Source: Halalkalibacterium halodurans (GTDB lineage: Bacteria > Bacillota > Bacilli > Bacillales > Bacillaceae_D). Taken from it: 32,000 nt of DNA. The stretch spans positions 7,155 through 39,154 of the forward strand of contig NZ_SNUY01000028.1 of NCBI RefSeq assembly GCF_004376175.1. Reading direction: 5' to 3'. Below are positions 1-9,433 of this stretch, in pieces. The position numbers were made by a program, and so were the translations under genes. Position 1 is the first letter of the stretch, and every line of letters begins with the position of its first letter. The notes under the pieces were generated by a model that was not told the DNA's origin, did not search any database, and saw only the letters and a list, made by a program, of their open reading frames with translations.

Positions 1-30
1 TGGAATGTCAACACTAAATCGGACAATTAT

Positions 31-855
31 TTAAAGGTTCATTAACTTGTATTCAGTCGGTGTTAAGTAATCTAATGATCCATGAATTCGAATAGTATTG
101 AACCAGTGAACGTAGTCAAAAAGTTCAAGGTCAAGTTCCTGTTGGCTAGAAAAAACCGCACCACGAACGAACTCTGTTTTGATCGTCTTAAATGTGGCTT
201 CTGCGACGGCGTTATCATAGGGCGTTCCTTTCTCACTCAATGAACGCTCAATGCCAAAGGTTTCTAATGCCTGATCGATAAGTTTGTTCTTAAACTCACT
301 TCCTCTGTCCGTGTGGAATAATTCGAGGCGCTGAAGATTGTATTTAACCGATGCAAAGGCACGTTGAACTAACTCAGCACTTTTATGAGGACCTGCGCTG
401 TAGCCAATAATTTCACGATTATATAAATCTACTAATACACAAATATAATGCCATTTCTGTTGAACACGTACGTAGGTTAGATCACTGACAACGACTTTCA
501 GTTCTTGCTCCTGATTAAACTCCCGGTTTAGTGTATTCCCAATTTCTGATTCATTACAGCTTGTTTTTGCTGGTTTAAACTGAGCTACTGTATATTTGGA
601 AACCAGGCCCTGCTCCTTCATAATCCGCCCAATACGGCGTCTTGATACAGTCCAGCCTTTCTTTCTTAGCTCAATTTTAATCTTTCTTTGGCCGTAGTTA
701 TCACGGCTGTTCTTAAAAATATCAACGATCAGTTCCGACAACTCTTCATCCTGGTCGTCTCGAATTTTTGCTTCATAATAGTACGTACTTCGGGCCATTT
801 GCAGGACATCGCACATTGCTGATACCGAGTATTTGTGGCGGTTGTTCCGAATCAC
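31..855 (-). CDS. IS3-family transposase OrfB (DDE/rve integrase core), probably made as an OrfAB fusion
   Basis: The 274-aa product shows the DDE-type catalytic region: VVSDLTYV..., HTDRGSEF..., PYDNAVAEATFKTIKTE. It lies in the -1 frame relative to orfA, and the listed start is a GTG just after the orfA stop. Confidence 0.9.
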   Translation of the reverse strand: MIRNNRHKYSVSAMCDVLQMARSTYYYEAKIRDDQDEELSELIVDIFKNSRDNYGQRKIKIELRKKGWTVSRRRIGRIMKEQGLVSKYTVAQFKPAKTSCNESEIGNTLNREFNQEQELKVVVSDLTYVRVQQKWHYICVLVDLYNREIIGYSAGPHKSAELVQRAFASVKYNLQRLELFHTDRGSEFKNKLIDQALETFGIERSLSEKGTPYDNAVAEATFKTIKTEFVRGAVFSSQQELDLELFDYVHWFNTIRIHGSLDYLTPTEYKLMNL

Positions 856-857
856 AT

Positions 858-1142
858 CTACTTTCGTCCCATGATCAGCGCGGCTTGCTTTAAAATATCA
901 TTCTCCATGGCAAGCTTTTGATTCTCTTTCCGCAGCCGAATCAACTCTTCCTGTTCGGGTGTACGGTTGTCTTTTTCTTCAAAGGATCCACTGTTCTGGT
1001 GCTGCCGAACCCACTTATCAAAGGCAGAAGGCGTCAGCTCGTATTCTTTGATAATTTCTGCACGGGGCTTGCCAGAAACATGAAGTTGAACGATTTGATC
1101 CTTAAATTCTTTTGTATAGCTTCTTCTCGGACGCTTGGTCAT
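858..1142 (-). CDS. IS3-family transposase OrfA (HTH / leucine-zipper part)
   Basis: The 94-aa product reads MTKRPRRSYTKEFKDQIVQLH...ELIRLRKENQKLAMENDILKQAA, a typical IS3 OrfA N-terminal HTH with a C-terminal coiled coil. Confidence 0.9.
   Translation of the reverse strand: MTKRPRRSYTKEFKDQIVQLHVSGKPRAEIIKEYELTPSAFDKWVRQHQNSGSFEEKDNRTPEQEELIRLRKENQKLAMENDILKQAALIMGRK
888..894 (-). promoter_or_regulatory. Candidate programmed -1 ribosomal frameshift heptamer U_UUA_AAG (X_XXY_YYZ)
   Basis: In the orfA frame the minus strand reads gat at[t tta aag] caa. The -1 frame is open from here (..YFKASRADHGTKVDVIRNN..) straight into orfB. Confidence 0.55.
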
Positions 1143-1330
1143 GTTTGATTCTCCTCAGAGTTTATTTGAATCAAGTGTATATGACCTTAACGAAACTGTC
1201 CAACTAAGTGTAACCTATTCACGCTCTATTTTCTCACAAAAGAGGGACTGGATGTACTAAAAGAAGTGTAGTGCTTAAAAAAAGTGTCTCTCCTTTATTA
1301 CTTACCAGCATCGATTAAATTTTTTTCACG

Positions 1331-1364
1331 AAAGAAAAGCCACCTCTGTACATGAGATGGCTTC
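1331..1364 (-). terminator. Intrinsic terminator downstream of thrB
   Basis: On the minus strand, gaagccatctc-atgtaca-gaggtggctt is followed by ttctttcgtg. It sits 5 nt after the thrB stop. Confidence 0.6.
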
Positions 1365-1368
1365 ATTA

Positions 1369-2298
1369 TTATCCGATCGGTAGCTGTTGTTGATTGGACA
1401 AGACGCGATGAACCTGAATCCCTTGATCGTCTGGCTTTAGGACGTCTACCTCGAACTGAGGGTACTGTTTTTGCAACTGCTTTTGAACCCATTCCCCTCT
1501 TCCTTTTGGCGAAAGGCAGAGCATGGTCGGCCCAGCACCACTAAGTGCTGCTCCATAAGCCTCTGTCTCCTCTTTTACGTATCGGATCACCTCTTGTAAG
1601 TGAGGAACTAACCCTAGGCGATAAGGATGGTGGAACACATCTCGCACCATCATTTCGCCAACGAGCTCCCAATTTTCCTTTAATAAGGCTGCCACTAATA
1701 CGTTGCTGACACTGCTCCCACGGACCGCTTCCTTATAGCTCAACGACTCTGGTAAAATGCCACGAGCTTTTTTTGTTAGTAACTCCTCCTTTGGCACGAG
1801 AAGAACTAAATCAAGGTCTGGCACACCTCCATGAATGACATGGGTTTCTGTCGATAAATGGGTCCCAATGACCAGTCCACCATAGACGGATGGGGCAATG
1901 TTATCTGGATGACCTTCCCACAGACTCCCAAACCGCACTTTATCTTCGGCAGCTAACGGCTGACCTAACAGTTGATTAGCTAGTTCAATTCCTGCGACAA
2001 TCGCTGCGGCACTGCTCCCAAGTCCACGGGCTAATGGGATGTTGCTCTCCATTTGCACATGGCAAGGCGGAAGAGTTTTCTCAAGCTGTGACGCCACATG
2101 CTCAGCCACTTGGTAGACGAGATTCTCTTTTCCTGATGGAATTCCGACGAGATCGGCTGATTGAGTCGAAAAGTGCCATTCGCTTCCTTCCGTCACAGTG
2201 AGCGTCAAATAACGGTTGACGGCAAGACCAACCGAATCAAACCCTGGCCCTAAGTTGGCGGAGCTTCCAGGAACGGTAATCTGGAAGGGGAGGGTCAT
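1369..2298 (-). CDS. thrB: Homoserine kinase
   Basis: The 309-aa product has the GHMP-kinase motif [16 protein letters not shown]. It begins [14 protein letters not shown]. It overlaps the thrC stop by 4 nt (ATGA), in hom-thrC-thrB operon order. Confidence 0.93.
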   Translation of the reverse strand: MTLPFQITVPGSSANLGPGFDSVGLAVNRYLTLTVTEGSEWHFSTQSADLVGIPSGKENLVYQVAEHVASQLEKTLPPCHVQMESNIPLARGLGSSAAAIVAGIELANQLLGQPLAAEDKVRFGSLWEGHPDNIAPSVYGGLVIGTHLSTETHVIHGGVPDLDLVLLVPKEELLTKKARGILPESLSYKEAVRGSSVSNVLVAALLKENWELVGEMMVRDVFHHPYRLGLVPHLQEVIRYVKEETEAYGAALSGAGPTMLCLSPKGRGEWVQKQLQKQYPQFEVDVLKPDDQGIQVHRVLSNQQQLPIG

Positions 2299-3359
2299 TT
2301 AGGAACGCCTCCTTTAATATGATCCAAGAATGCCTGTTCATCATTTGGCAAGACGGCAGGATTGACGTCAATCGTGCTCATGGCCGTATTTGGATCTTTC
2401 AAACCGTTTCCTGTTAACACACAAACAACGGTACTTCCTTTTTTTATTTCTCCTGATGCAATCTGTTTTCTTAGACCAGCGATGGAGGCGCATGAAGCTG
2501 GCTCTGCGAACACACCTTCTTTTTGTGCTAATAACTGATAGGCTGCCAAGATTTCTTCATCTGTTACCTCATCGATTTTCCCGTTTGATTCGGCAGCCGC
2601 CTCTACTGCATAGGTCCAACTCGCTGGATTCCCAATGCGAATGGCGGTTGCAATGGTTTCTGGCTCTTCAATCACTTGATTGCGGACGATGGCTGCAGCA
2701 CCTTCCGCTTCAAATCCGCGCATTTGCGGGAGACCAGTCCCTTTCTTCTCGTGGTATTCTTTAAAGCCTTTCCAGTAGGCTGTAATGTTCCCAGCATTTC
2801 CTACAGGAATCGCGAGCACATCAGGCGCTTGCCCAAGGGCGTCACAGATTTCAAATGCCGATGTTTTTTGGCCTTCGATTCGATAAGGATTCACAGAGTT
2901 TACGAGGGTAATCGGTTCTTTTTCGCTAATGGAACGGACGATATCAAGGGCATGATCAAAGTTCCCTTTAATCTCTAACACTTCCGCTCCATACATAACC
3001 GCCTGCGCCAGCTTTCCGAGGGCGATTTTCCCTTCTGGAATTACAACGATACAACGTAACCCTGCACGGGCACCGTAAGCAGCCGCAGCAGCCGACGTAT
3101 TTCCTGTTGAAGCGCAAATGATCGTTCGACTGCCTTCTTCTTTGGCTTTGGCAACCGCCATGACCATTCCACGATCTTTAAAGGAACCCGTTGGATTGGC
3201 GCCTTCGTACTTGACGTATGCTTTGACTCCCCATTCCTTTGAAAGGTTCTCCAACGGAATTAAAGGTGTATTTCCTTCCCCTAGAGTAAGTAATGGGGTT
3301 TCTTCTGTTACTGGTAAAAATTCTTTATATTCTTGTAGTAAGCCTCTCCACTGACTCAT
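2295..3359 (-). CDS. thrC: Threonine synthase (PLP-dependent)
   Basis: The 354-aa product has the PLP-lysine region [14 protein letters not shown] and the [13 protein letters not shown] motif. It lies between hom and thrB. Confidence 0.95.
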   Translation of the reverse strand: MSQWRGLLQEYKEFLPVTEETPLLTLGEGNTPLIPLENLSKEWGVKAYVKYEGANPTGSFKDRGMVMAVAKAKEEGSRTIICASTGNTSAAAAAYGARAGLRCIVVIPEGKIALGKLAQAVMYGAEVLEIKGNFDHALDIVRSISEKEPITLVNSVNPYRIEGQKTSAFEICDALGQAPDVLAIPVGNAGNITAYWKGFKEYHEKKGTGLPQMRGFEAEGAAAIVRNQVIEEPETIATAIRIGNPASWTYAVEAAAESNGKIDEVTDEEILAAYQLLAQKEGVFAEPASCASIAGLRKQIASGEIKKGSTVVCVLTGNGLKDPNTAMSTIDVNPAVLPNDEQAFLDHIKGGVPK

Positions 3360-3360
3360 C

Positions 3361-4656
3361 TTATTTTCCTCCCTCTACTCGGTAGCTGCTTTCTACCGAT
3401 TGAACGACATCAAGGGCTGCAAGTGTGCGATGCAAATACTCGTACGTTTCCTTGTCCGTCGTGTGCGTAATGATGATAATTTCTGCTGCTGCCTCCCCTT
3501 TAATCGGAAGCTGAAGTAATTTCTCAAAGCTTACATCCTTTTCAGCAAAAAGAGATGTAATCGCTGAGAATGTTCCCGCTTTATCTAATACTTTTAAGCG
3601 GAAAAAGTATTTCGCAAACACTTCATTGTCTGCTTTTAACGTCTTTTTATGTAGCGGCTTCGCGCCGTCATGACCGTTTACGCGATAGCGCATGTTTTTT
3701 AAGACGGAAACAAGATCTGACACGACCGCTGTTGCGGTTGGCAATGAACCTGCTCCTGGCCCATAAAACATCGTCTCACCTACAGCTTCCCCATAGACAT
3801 AGACCGCATTATATTCATCGTTCACAGCAGCTAAAGGATGCTCCTTAGGAAGCAATGTCGGTTGGACGCTCACTTCCACACGATCCCCGTCTCGGTCTGC
3901 TAAACCGATCAGCTTCATCGTGTAGCCAAGCTGTTCACAATATTCTAAGTCCGTTTTTGTCACCGACGAGATCCCACGAACGACAACATCATCTAGCTCC
4001 ACATCCATCGAAAACCCAAGTGTAGCAAGGATCGCCATTTTCCGCGCCGCATCCAATCCTTCTACATCAGCCGTCGGATCACTCTCAGCAAATCCTAACG
4101 CTTGTGCTTGTGCGAGCACTTCTTCATAGTCTAGGCCTTCTTTTGTCATTTTCGTTAGGATGTAATTTGTTGTTCCATTCACAATCCCCATCATTTTCGT
4201 AATCCGATCAGCTGCAAGACCGTCCGTTAAACTGCGAATGATCGGAATCCCTCCAGCTACGCTCGCCTCATAAAACAAATCACAGCCGTTCTCTGCAGCA
4301 AGAGATAAAAGCTCTGCTCCGTGAACAGCCATTAAATCTTTGTTTGCCGTTACGACGTGCTTTCCGTTCTTAAGGGCACGTACAATATATTCCTTCGCTA
4401 ACGTAATGCCGCCCATGACCTCAATGACAACATCAATGTTAGCATTTTCTACAATCTCTTCTCCGTAAAGCGTTACCGACTCCTCTGAGAGGGCTACATC
4501 TCGAGCTTTCGATCGATCACGAACAAGTACCTTTTCGACTTGAACAGGCAAGCCAATTTGATGCCTAAGCTCTTGTTGGTGATTTTCAATCAGCTTCACC
4601 ACACCACTGCCAACCGTCCCAAGCCCTAATAGGCCTACCTTCAAGACCTCGCTCAT
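3361..4656 (-). CDS. hom: Homoserine dehydrogenase with C-terminal ACT domain
   Basis: The product shows the Rossmann motif [13 protein letters not shown] and [15 protein letters not shown] chose the start at the internal ATG (MSEVLKVG...), which is preceded by aggagtggagaga. The listed ORF extends 8 codons further, to 4680. Confidence 0.92.
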   Translation of the reverse strand: MSEVLKVGLLGLGTVGSGVVKLIENHQQELRHQIGLPVQVEKVLVRDRSKARDVALSEESVTLYGEEIVENANIDVVIEVMGGITLAKEYIVRALKNGKHVVTANKDLMAVHGAELLSLAAENGCDLFYEASVAGGIPIIRSLTDGLAADRITKMMGIVNGTTNYILTKMTKEGLDYEEVLAQAQALGFAESDPTADVEGLDAARKMAILATLGFSMDVELDDVVVRGISSVTKTDLEYCEQLGYTMKLIGLADRDGDRVEVSVQPTLLPKEHPLAAVNDEYNAVYVYGEAVGETMFYGPGAGSLPTATAVVSDLVSVLKNMRYRVNGHDGAKPLHKKTLKADNEVFAKYFFRLKVLDKAGTFSAITSLFAEKDVSFEKLLQLPIKGEAAAEIIIITHTTDKETYEYLHRTLAALDVVQSVESSYRVEGGK

Positions 4657-4728
4657 TCTCTCCACTCCTAACCATACCACAGGTGATCATGTTCTTTTAA
4701 TAAAAACAAATGTTTATCTATAAAGGAC

Positions 4729-4757
4729 ATTATAACGTTCTTCTTTTTCCATGACAA
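4729..4757 (-). promoter_or_regulatory. Sigma-A-type promoter of the hom-thrC-thrB operon
   Basis: The minus strand reads TTGTCA, a 17-nt spacer, then TATAAT (ttgtca tggaaaaagaagaacgt tataat). It lies ~75 nt upstream of the hom start. Confidence 0.6.
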
Positions 4758-4856
4758 GGGAAAAATTTGATTTTTCTTAACCTTTCACACCCATCTTTCC
4801 ACTGCGATGCTCCACAGGCTTGTCCCCTGCATTCCCTTGCTAAAAACTCCCTTCGC

Positions 4857-5915
4857 TTAACGGGTGGCAAAGGGAGTTGGAAGAGGCTCTGCCAAAAGCC
4901 AATCGACCATCGGTAGCTCATGAGGATTTGGAAACAATTGTTGTTGAATCATTCGTAAAAACTGTTCGTGGGCAGTCTCCTTTTCAAATAAGCGCAACAC
5001 CTCTTTTTCAAGCGTGCGACGTTTTTCTTCGATTTGACAGGAATAGTAGTCTTCGATGGTTTGGAAATAGTGAACAGGAAAAAGCAACCGAGCAAAAATG
5101 AATCGCCGGCAAAGACGAGATAATGGAGCGTGCTGTCCATACGCATGCAAAAAGGATTGAATCGCCAAGGCACGATCTTCAGGACGTGCGATCTCTAATT
5201 CTTTTGAGCGGAGCCATTCCGCTAAATCTCGGCTCGGATGGTCGTACACAAATTCAGTCGGTACCTTTAATCTTCCATTTTCAAGGCGAATCCATGTATC
5301 TTTATGAAATCGTTTATGGCAAATGGTCCCTCGCTCACGTTCGATTCCACCTTCATCGTAATGAGCATCCACGGCAAACTGAATAGCATTTTCCGTCATC
5401 CCCAAATAGTAAGGAAACGTAAACAAAAACTGCTCATCCACAAGTGTCCTCGGTCCTTGTGCCAATAACCGTTGGTGCCATTCCTCTAACTGCTCCAATC
5501 GTTTTTCCCACAATCGCGGCCACTTACCATAGGCCCCCTTCTGATAAGCCGTGCCCACATACTGCGCACCTGCCTGATGAAACGTCGCTAAGTGCCGGCC
5601 AATGTCCTCGTCTGTTTGCAGCATTCCAAATCGTTCATATTCATAGGGAATTTGAAATAGGTAGACATCTTGCCCGTCAATTTTAGCGTGTAACGGTCCA
5701 GTTTTTGCCTTAATTAATTTTAGTACTGTTCCATCACCAGCCCGTTGTAAGTACTCCCCCATCTCCAATATGGCGGCCTCTTCATCAGGCTCAATCTGCT
5801 CCCGGGGCACAAGTAAATACGGCTGACCCTGTGCATAAAACCCTTGAAACCGCCCCGTTCGAAAACGTGAATCACAATAAAGCTGAAATGAGTCATACAC
5901 GTTTCGTTCAAACAT
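4857..5915 (-). CDS. yutH: CotS-family spore-coat-associated kinase-like protein (YutH-like)
   Basis: The 352-aa protein sits immediately upstream of hom, where yutH lies in B. subtilis. It has a CotS/aminoglycoside-phosphotransferase-like region (ICHKRFHKDTW). An RBS (gagggag) precedes the ATG. Confidence 0.72.
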   Translation of the reverse strand: MFERNVYDSFQLYCDSRFRTGRFQGFYAQGQPYLLVPREQIEPDEEAAILEMGEYLQRAGDGTVLKLIKAKTGPLHAKIDGQDVYLFQIPYEYERFGMLQTDEDIGRHLATFHQAGAQYVGTAYQKGAYGKWPRLWEKRLEQLEEWHQRLLAQGPRTLVDEQFLFTFPYYLGMTENAIQFAVDAHYDEGGIERERGTICHKRFHKDTWIRLENGRLKVPTEFVYDHPSRDLAEWLRSKELEIARPEDRALAIQSFLHAYGQHAPLSRLCRRFIFARLLFPVHYFQTIEDYYSCQIEEKRRTLEKEVLRLFEKETAHEQFLRMIQQQLFPNPHELPMVDWLLAEPLPTPFATR

Positions 5916-6044
5916 GGAATCACTCCCTCACGTACCAGTTCATAACATAGTCTATGACCCATTCGCATAAAAAGTGTTCTTCGCTCGTAGACTAAACAAA
6001 GCAAAGAGCTTGACCAATTCGTTAAGCAATGGAGAGGTGACAGA

Positions 6045-6554
6045 ATGAAACGTGATAACGTGGTTGAACGCAAAGCCCTGGAATGGTTAAAGCAGCGCGG
6101 GGTAACGGTTGATGATATTGCTGAATTAGTTCATTTTTTACAAGGCCCGTACCACTCTGATTTGAAGTTATCGGTTTGCAAAGAAAATGTAGAGCGTGTC
6201 CTGAAAAAGCGAGAAGTGCAAAATGCTATATTAACTGGGATTCAAATTGATGTGCTTGCTGAAAAAAATGCGTTAGAAGAACCGTTAGCCAACATGGTGA
6301 GACGAGATGAAGGTCTATACGGAATCGATGAAATCATCGCCCTTTCGATCGTCAACATCTATGGTTCTATCGGGTTTACTAATTATGGTTATATTGACAA
6401 ACAAAAACCAGGGATTTTGAAAGACCTTAACGACAAATCAAATGGTCAGTGCCATACTTTTTTAGATGATATTGTAGGTGCAATTGCTGCCGCCGCGTCC
6501 AGTCGTTTAGCCCATTCATTCGCTCATGAGGATGAAGACTTTGATGATGATTAA
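6045..6554 (+). CDS. yutG: Phosphatidylglycerophosphatase A-family protein (YutG/LtrC-like)
   Basis: The 169-aa product has the PgpA-family C-terminal motif FLDDIVGAIAAAASSRLAH. Its position matches yutG, divergent from yutH. Confidence 0.8.
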   Translation: MKRDNVVERKALEWLKQRGVTVDDIAELVHFLQGPYHSDLKLSVCKENVERVLKKREVQNAILTGIQIDVLAEKNALEEPLANMVRRDEGLYGIDEIIALSIVNIYGSIGFTNYGYIDKQKPGILKDLNDKSNGQCHTFLDDIVGAIAAAASSRLAHSFAHEDEDFDDD

Positions 6555-6646
6555 AACGATGATTAGAAAAACGTACCTCACTGCTGCAAGCCTTGGATGA
6601 TGAAAGCTACCGATTTTAGATAAAGTTGACTTCCAAATAATGAAAA

Positions 6647-6677
6647 AGGACGAGGGGAAACGATTCCTACTCGTCCT
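6647..6677. terminator. Bidirectional hairpin between yutG (+) and the kinase remnant (-)
   Basis: The arms aggacgag and ctcgtcct are separated by 15 nt. An A-run lies upstream and gctttt downstream. Confidence 0.5.
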
Positions 6678-6692
6678 GCTTTTACGAAATGT

Positions 6693-7294
6693 TTAAGACA
6701 CACGGTCAGTTTCTGAAACATCTTGGCTGTCTAACGGAAAATGAATCGTGATTTTCGTTCCATTTTGGTGTGACGACTGAACATCAATCGTCCCTTTATG
6801 AACGTCCACAATCGCTTTGGCAATGCTCATGCCAAGGCCCGATCCATCTGTTTTCTCCTCTGTATTGGTTCTAACAGGAAGAGGTACGGTGTATCATAGG
6901 AAGAGTCTAGCTGACGTGTAATAAAATAATCCTTATATTGTTGCCTTTCTTCGATTTGTAATAATTCAGTGAAGGTATACTTAGATGGCAAATCATCTTC
7001 ACCGTTCACTGTGTAGATGACCGTTCCCTTTTCATCAAGTATTTGTAGCCACATATGATGGTTCTCTAGCTCTTGCTCCCAAAGCGAATTAAAGCTGATT
7101 TCCCCATCCAAAATGACGGTCTCTGTCACAATCAGATCAAGAGCACCAACGGTAAAGTTTCGCTTTAACTCTTCTTTCGTTAATATATCTAAAATTAGAA
7201 AAATAACGATGCAAAAGGTAATCATGCCGATTAAACAAAAAACAATAAATTGAAATGAGAACTGCAAGGCGATGCGCCGCTTGATCGAACTCAT
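6693..7294 (-). pseudogene. Sensor histidine kinase remnant: N-terminal TM/sensor stub plus the last ~60 codons of HATPase_c in another frame, with an internal deletion
   Basis: The ORF at 6827..7294 (one TM, then a ~120-aa sensor-like region) starts with an ATGA overlap on the RR stop. A different frame, 6693..~6885, reads VRTNTEEKTDGSGLGMSIAKAIVDVHKGTIDVQSSHQNGTKITIHFPL*, which is the G2 box and C-terminus. No HAMP, H-box, N-box or G1-box is present anywhere. Confidence 0.75.
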
Positions 7295-8016
7295 GCCTCA
7301 GGCTCCTTCACTAGCTTGTAGCCTAGGCCTCGAACCGTTACAAGATAACGTGGGTGGCTCGGATCGATTTCGATTCTTTCTCGAATTCGTCTAATATGAA
7401 CCATAACTGTGTTGTCATCGACAAAGCTGTCCATTCCCCAAACAGCTTCTAACAATTGCTCCTTCGATAAAAAACGATTTGGATGCTTACAAAAGTAGCA
7501 TAGCAATAAAAAAACTTGAGCCGGACAAGGGACCTTCCGTCCATCAACTAAAAGTTCACCGGCTAATTCGTTCACCGTAAATCGATCAAACGTAAAGATT
7601 CCCTTAGTCATCGAGGTTGTAGCCACCTGTTCTTTTGCAACACTATTGACCTCTCGCCTTAATCGTGCGTTAATCCGCGCCACAATTTCCAATGGGTTAA
7701 ATGGCTTCGTTACATAGTCATCAGCGCCAATCGCAAAGCCAGTCAGCTTGTCTAAATCTGAAACTTTTGCGGTTAAAAATAAAATGTATGCTTGCGTTAA
7801 CCCTCGAATTTGTGGACAAAGGTCAAATCCGCTCCGAACTGGCAACATAACATCAAGCAAAATCACGTCCAATGTATAGTTTTTTACGTAATGAAAAGCT
7901 TCTTCTGCGTTATATGCAGTATAGATCGTCGAAAACCCTTCCTTGCGCAAAACGGTTTCGAGCATTTTCACAATCGCCTTTTCATCATCTACAATGAGAA
8001 TGCTTCGCTCTTCCAT
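7291..8016 (-). CDS. OmpR/PhoB-family response regulator (REC + winged-helix)
   Basis: The product shows ILIVDDE..., LLDVMLP, LTAKV, DDYVTKPFNPLEIVARI and a C-terminal VTVRGLGYKL. I chose the start at MEERSILIV, which has the RBS gaggtgg. The listed ORF runs to 8040. Confidence 0.9.
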   Translation of the reverse strand: MEERSILIVDDEKAIVKMLETVLRKEGFSTIYTAYNAEEAFHYVKNYTLDVILLDVMLPVRSGFDLCPQIRGLTQAYILFLTAKVSDLDKLTGFAIGADDYVTKPFNPLEIVARINARLRREVNSVAKEQVATTSMTKGIFTFDRFTVNELAGELLVDGRKVPCPAQVFLLLCYFCKHPNRFLSKEQLLEAVWGMDSFVDDNTVMVHIRRIRERIEIDPSHPRYLVTVRGLGYKLVKEPEA

Positions 8017-8181
8017 TCTTTCCCCACCTCTATTCCTCATGTTAGCATAGCTAGCTTAAGAGAACCTTACCAATCTTTCTACGGATGTTAACTCTTTGTA
8101 AGGAAGTGTTTCTCTACAATTAAATATCGGACCTTATTCTTAGAGTTGTAGAAAATTGAATGAGGAAAAGAGGCTATTCAA

Positions 8182-9375
8182 ATGAACGAACGAATTCAAA
8201 CGATTGATGTACTACGAGGATTATGCTTATTCGGAATCTTACAAGCAAATTTGCTCATTTTTCAATACGGGATCTGGGGGAAAGATGAAATTTCGCTCTT
8301 CTCCTTGTCACCTTTTGACACAATGAGCTATTATGCCGTGAAACTTTTTATAGAAGCGAGCTTCATGCCGATTTTTGCCTTTTTATTCGGTTACGGAATG
8401 GTGATTATGAGAGAACGGAGCATGGAGCGTGACGGAAAACCGAAGCGAAAGCTTGCTCGCCGCTTTCTTTTTATCCTTTTTCTAGGCTACCTTCATAGCA
8501 CCTTCTTATGGGAAGGCGACATATTACTTACTTATGGAATGATCTGCTTTATTCTGTTACTGTTTGTCGCTCGAAAAAAGAAGACGATCCTAATCTGGGC
8601 GACGATACTCCTTGTTCTCTCCAGCTTGTTCGGCTTAGGAGCTGAGATCGCAGCGGATAGTGATGAAGAGGTGACTTCTTATATTAAGACGACAAATCAC
8701 GTCTATCAGACCGGAACATACCTAGACATTAAGGCACATCGAAACACTTCTGATCCAGGTGATCTCCTTGATATGCCTAAGGAAGCCTTCCTCTTCATTT
8801 CTGTCTTTGCTATCGTGTTAATTACACCTATGTTCTTGTATGGGATGTATGCGGCAAAACGAAAATGGTTTGTTCATCCGACACAAGAACAGGGTCGCTA
8901 CAGGAAAGGCCTGCTGTTTATTCCAGTGGGAGTTACATTAAAGGCATTGCCCCTATTATTTTCAGGAATACCGGTGCTAGGTGTACTCTCTCTCCCTGGA
9001 TCATATGTATTGGCATTCGGTTATATTTTTCTAATTGCTTATTGTTTTGCGAAATGGCGCAGCCATCCGTTGTTTAGAGCAGCTGCCAACGTCGGGAAAC
9101 TATCGTTGACAAATTATTTGCTCCAAACCGTTGTTTGTACATTTATCTTTTACGGATACGGCCTTGGCTTGTTCAGTCGACTCGGTGTATTCTTTGGAAT
9201 TTTGCTAGGGATCGTCCTATTCTCCCTTCAATTAATCGGAAGCACCTATTATTTGAAGACTAGAAAAAGCGGACCTTTTGAATGGTTGCTACGAGCCTTT
9301 ACGCATTGGACGCTACCTTGGAAGCTGACAAAGAGAAAAGAATCCCAGAACTTGACGCCAAAGCAAAGCGCGTAA
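8182..9375 (+). CDS. DUF418 (YeiB-like) polytopic membrane protein
   Basis: The 397-aa product shows RIQTIDVLRGLCLFGILQAN at the N-terminus, GKLSLTNYLLQT and GPFEWLLRAFTHW near the C-terminus, and about 10 hydrophobic segments. Confidence 0.85.
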   Translation: MNERIQTIDVLRGLCLFGILQANLLIFQYGIWGKDEISLFSLSPFDTMSYYAVKLFIEASFMPIFAFLFGYGMVIMRERSMERDGKPKRKLARRFLFILFLGYLHSTFLWEGDILLTYGMICFILLLFVARKKKTILIWATILLVLSSLFGLGAEIAADSDEEVTSYIKTTNHVYQTGTYLDIKAHRNTSDPGDLLDMPKEAFLFISVFAIVLITPMFLYGMYAAKRKWFVHPTQEQGRYRKGLLFIPVGVTLKALPLLFSGIPVLGVLSLPGSYVLAFGYIFLIAYCFAKWRSHPLFRAAANVGKLSLTNYLLQTVVCTFIFYGYGLGLFSRLGVFFGILLGIVLFSLQLIGSTYYLKTRKSGPFEWLLRAFTHWTLPWKLTKRKESQNLTPKQSA

Positions 9376-9396
9376 GATCGTTTGTGTGCTACCCAG

Positions 9397-9432
9397 AAGA
9401 AAAAAGCGAGGGAGTTTCTTCCTCGCTTTTTT
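9397..9432. terminator. Bidirectional intrinsic terminator between the DUF418 gene (+) and yutF (-)
   Basis: The sequence is aaaaaagcgagg-gagtttctt-cctcgctttttt: an A-run, a 7-8 bp GC stem and a T-run. Confidence 0.6.
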
Positions 9433-9433
9433 C

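Larger units (their letters stand above)
1..1221 (-). mobile_element. IS3-family insertion sequence, complete-looking (~1.22 kb), orfA/orfB in 0/-1 frames
   Basis: The left end starts with TG (tggaatgtcaacactaaatcggacaatt, 1-28) and the right end finishes with CA at ~1221. The reverse complement of 1194-1221 (tgaataggttacacttagttggacagtt) matches the left end at 18/28 positions, including the ACACT and GGACA blocks. It encloses two transposase ORFs, and the size is typical of IS3. Confidence 0.85.

Noticed and set aside
2390-3848. Several + strand ORFs (124, 100, 78 and 92 aa) are called inside thrC and hom.
   Set aside because: They are antisense shadows of strongly supported genes and show no RBS or family features. 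The same applies to the listed ORFs antisense to or overlapping the IS3 orfA/thrB 3' region, yutH, yutF, the SufR-like gene/yutE, glpX, yutD/yutC, lipA, lytH, the ABC genes, the kinase and dfrA/thyA.
8041-8181. TTGTA-type repeats in the RR/DUF418 divergent intergenic region (TTGTAAGG 8096, inverted CTCTACAA 8112, TTGTAGAA 8146) were considered as possible RR operators.
   Set aside because: These are short AT-rich pentamers, and their spacing (14-nt inverted, 50-nt direct) is not typical of OmpR-family sites. The match cannot be told apart from chance without comparative data.
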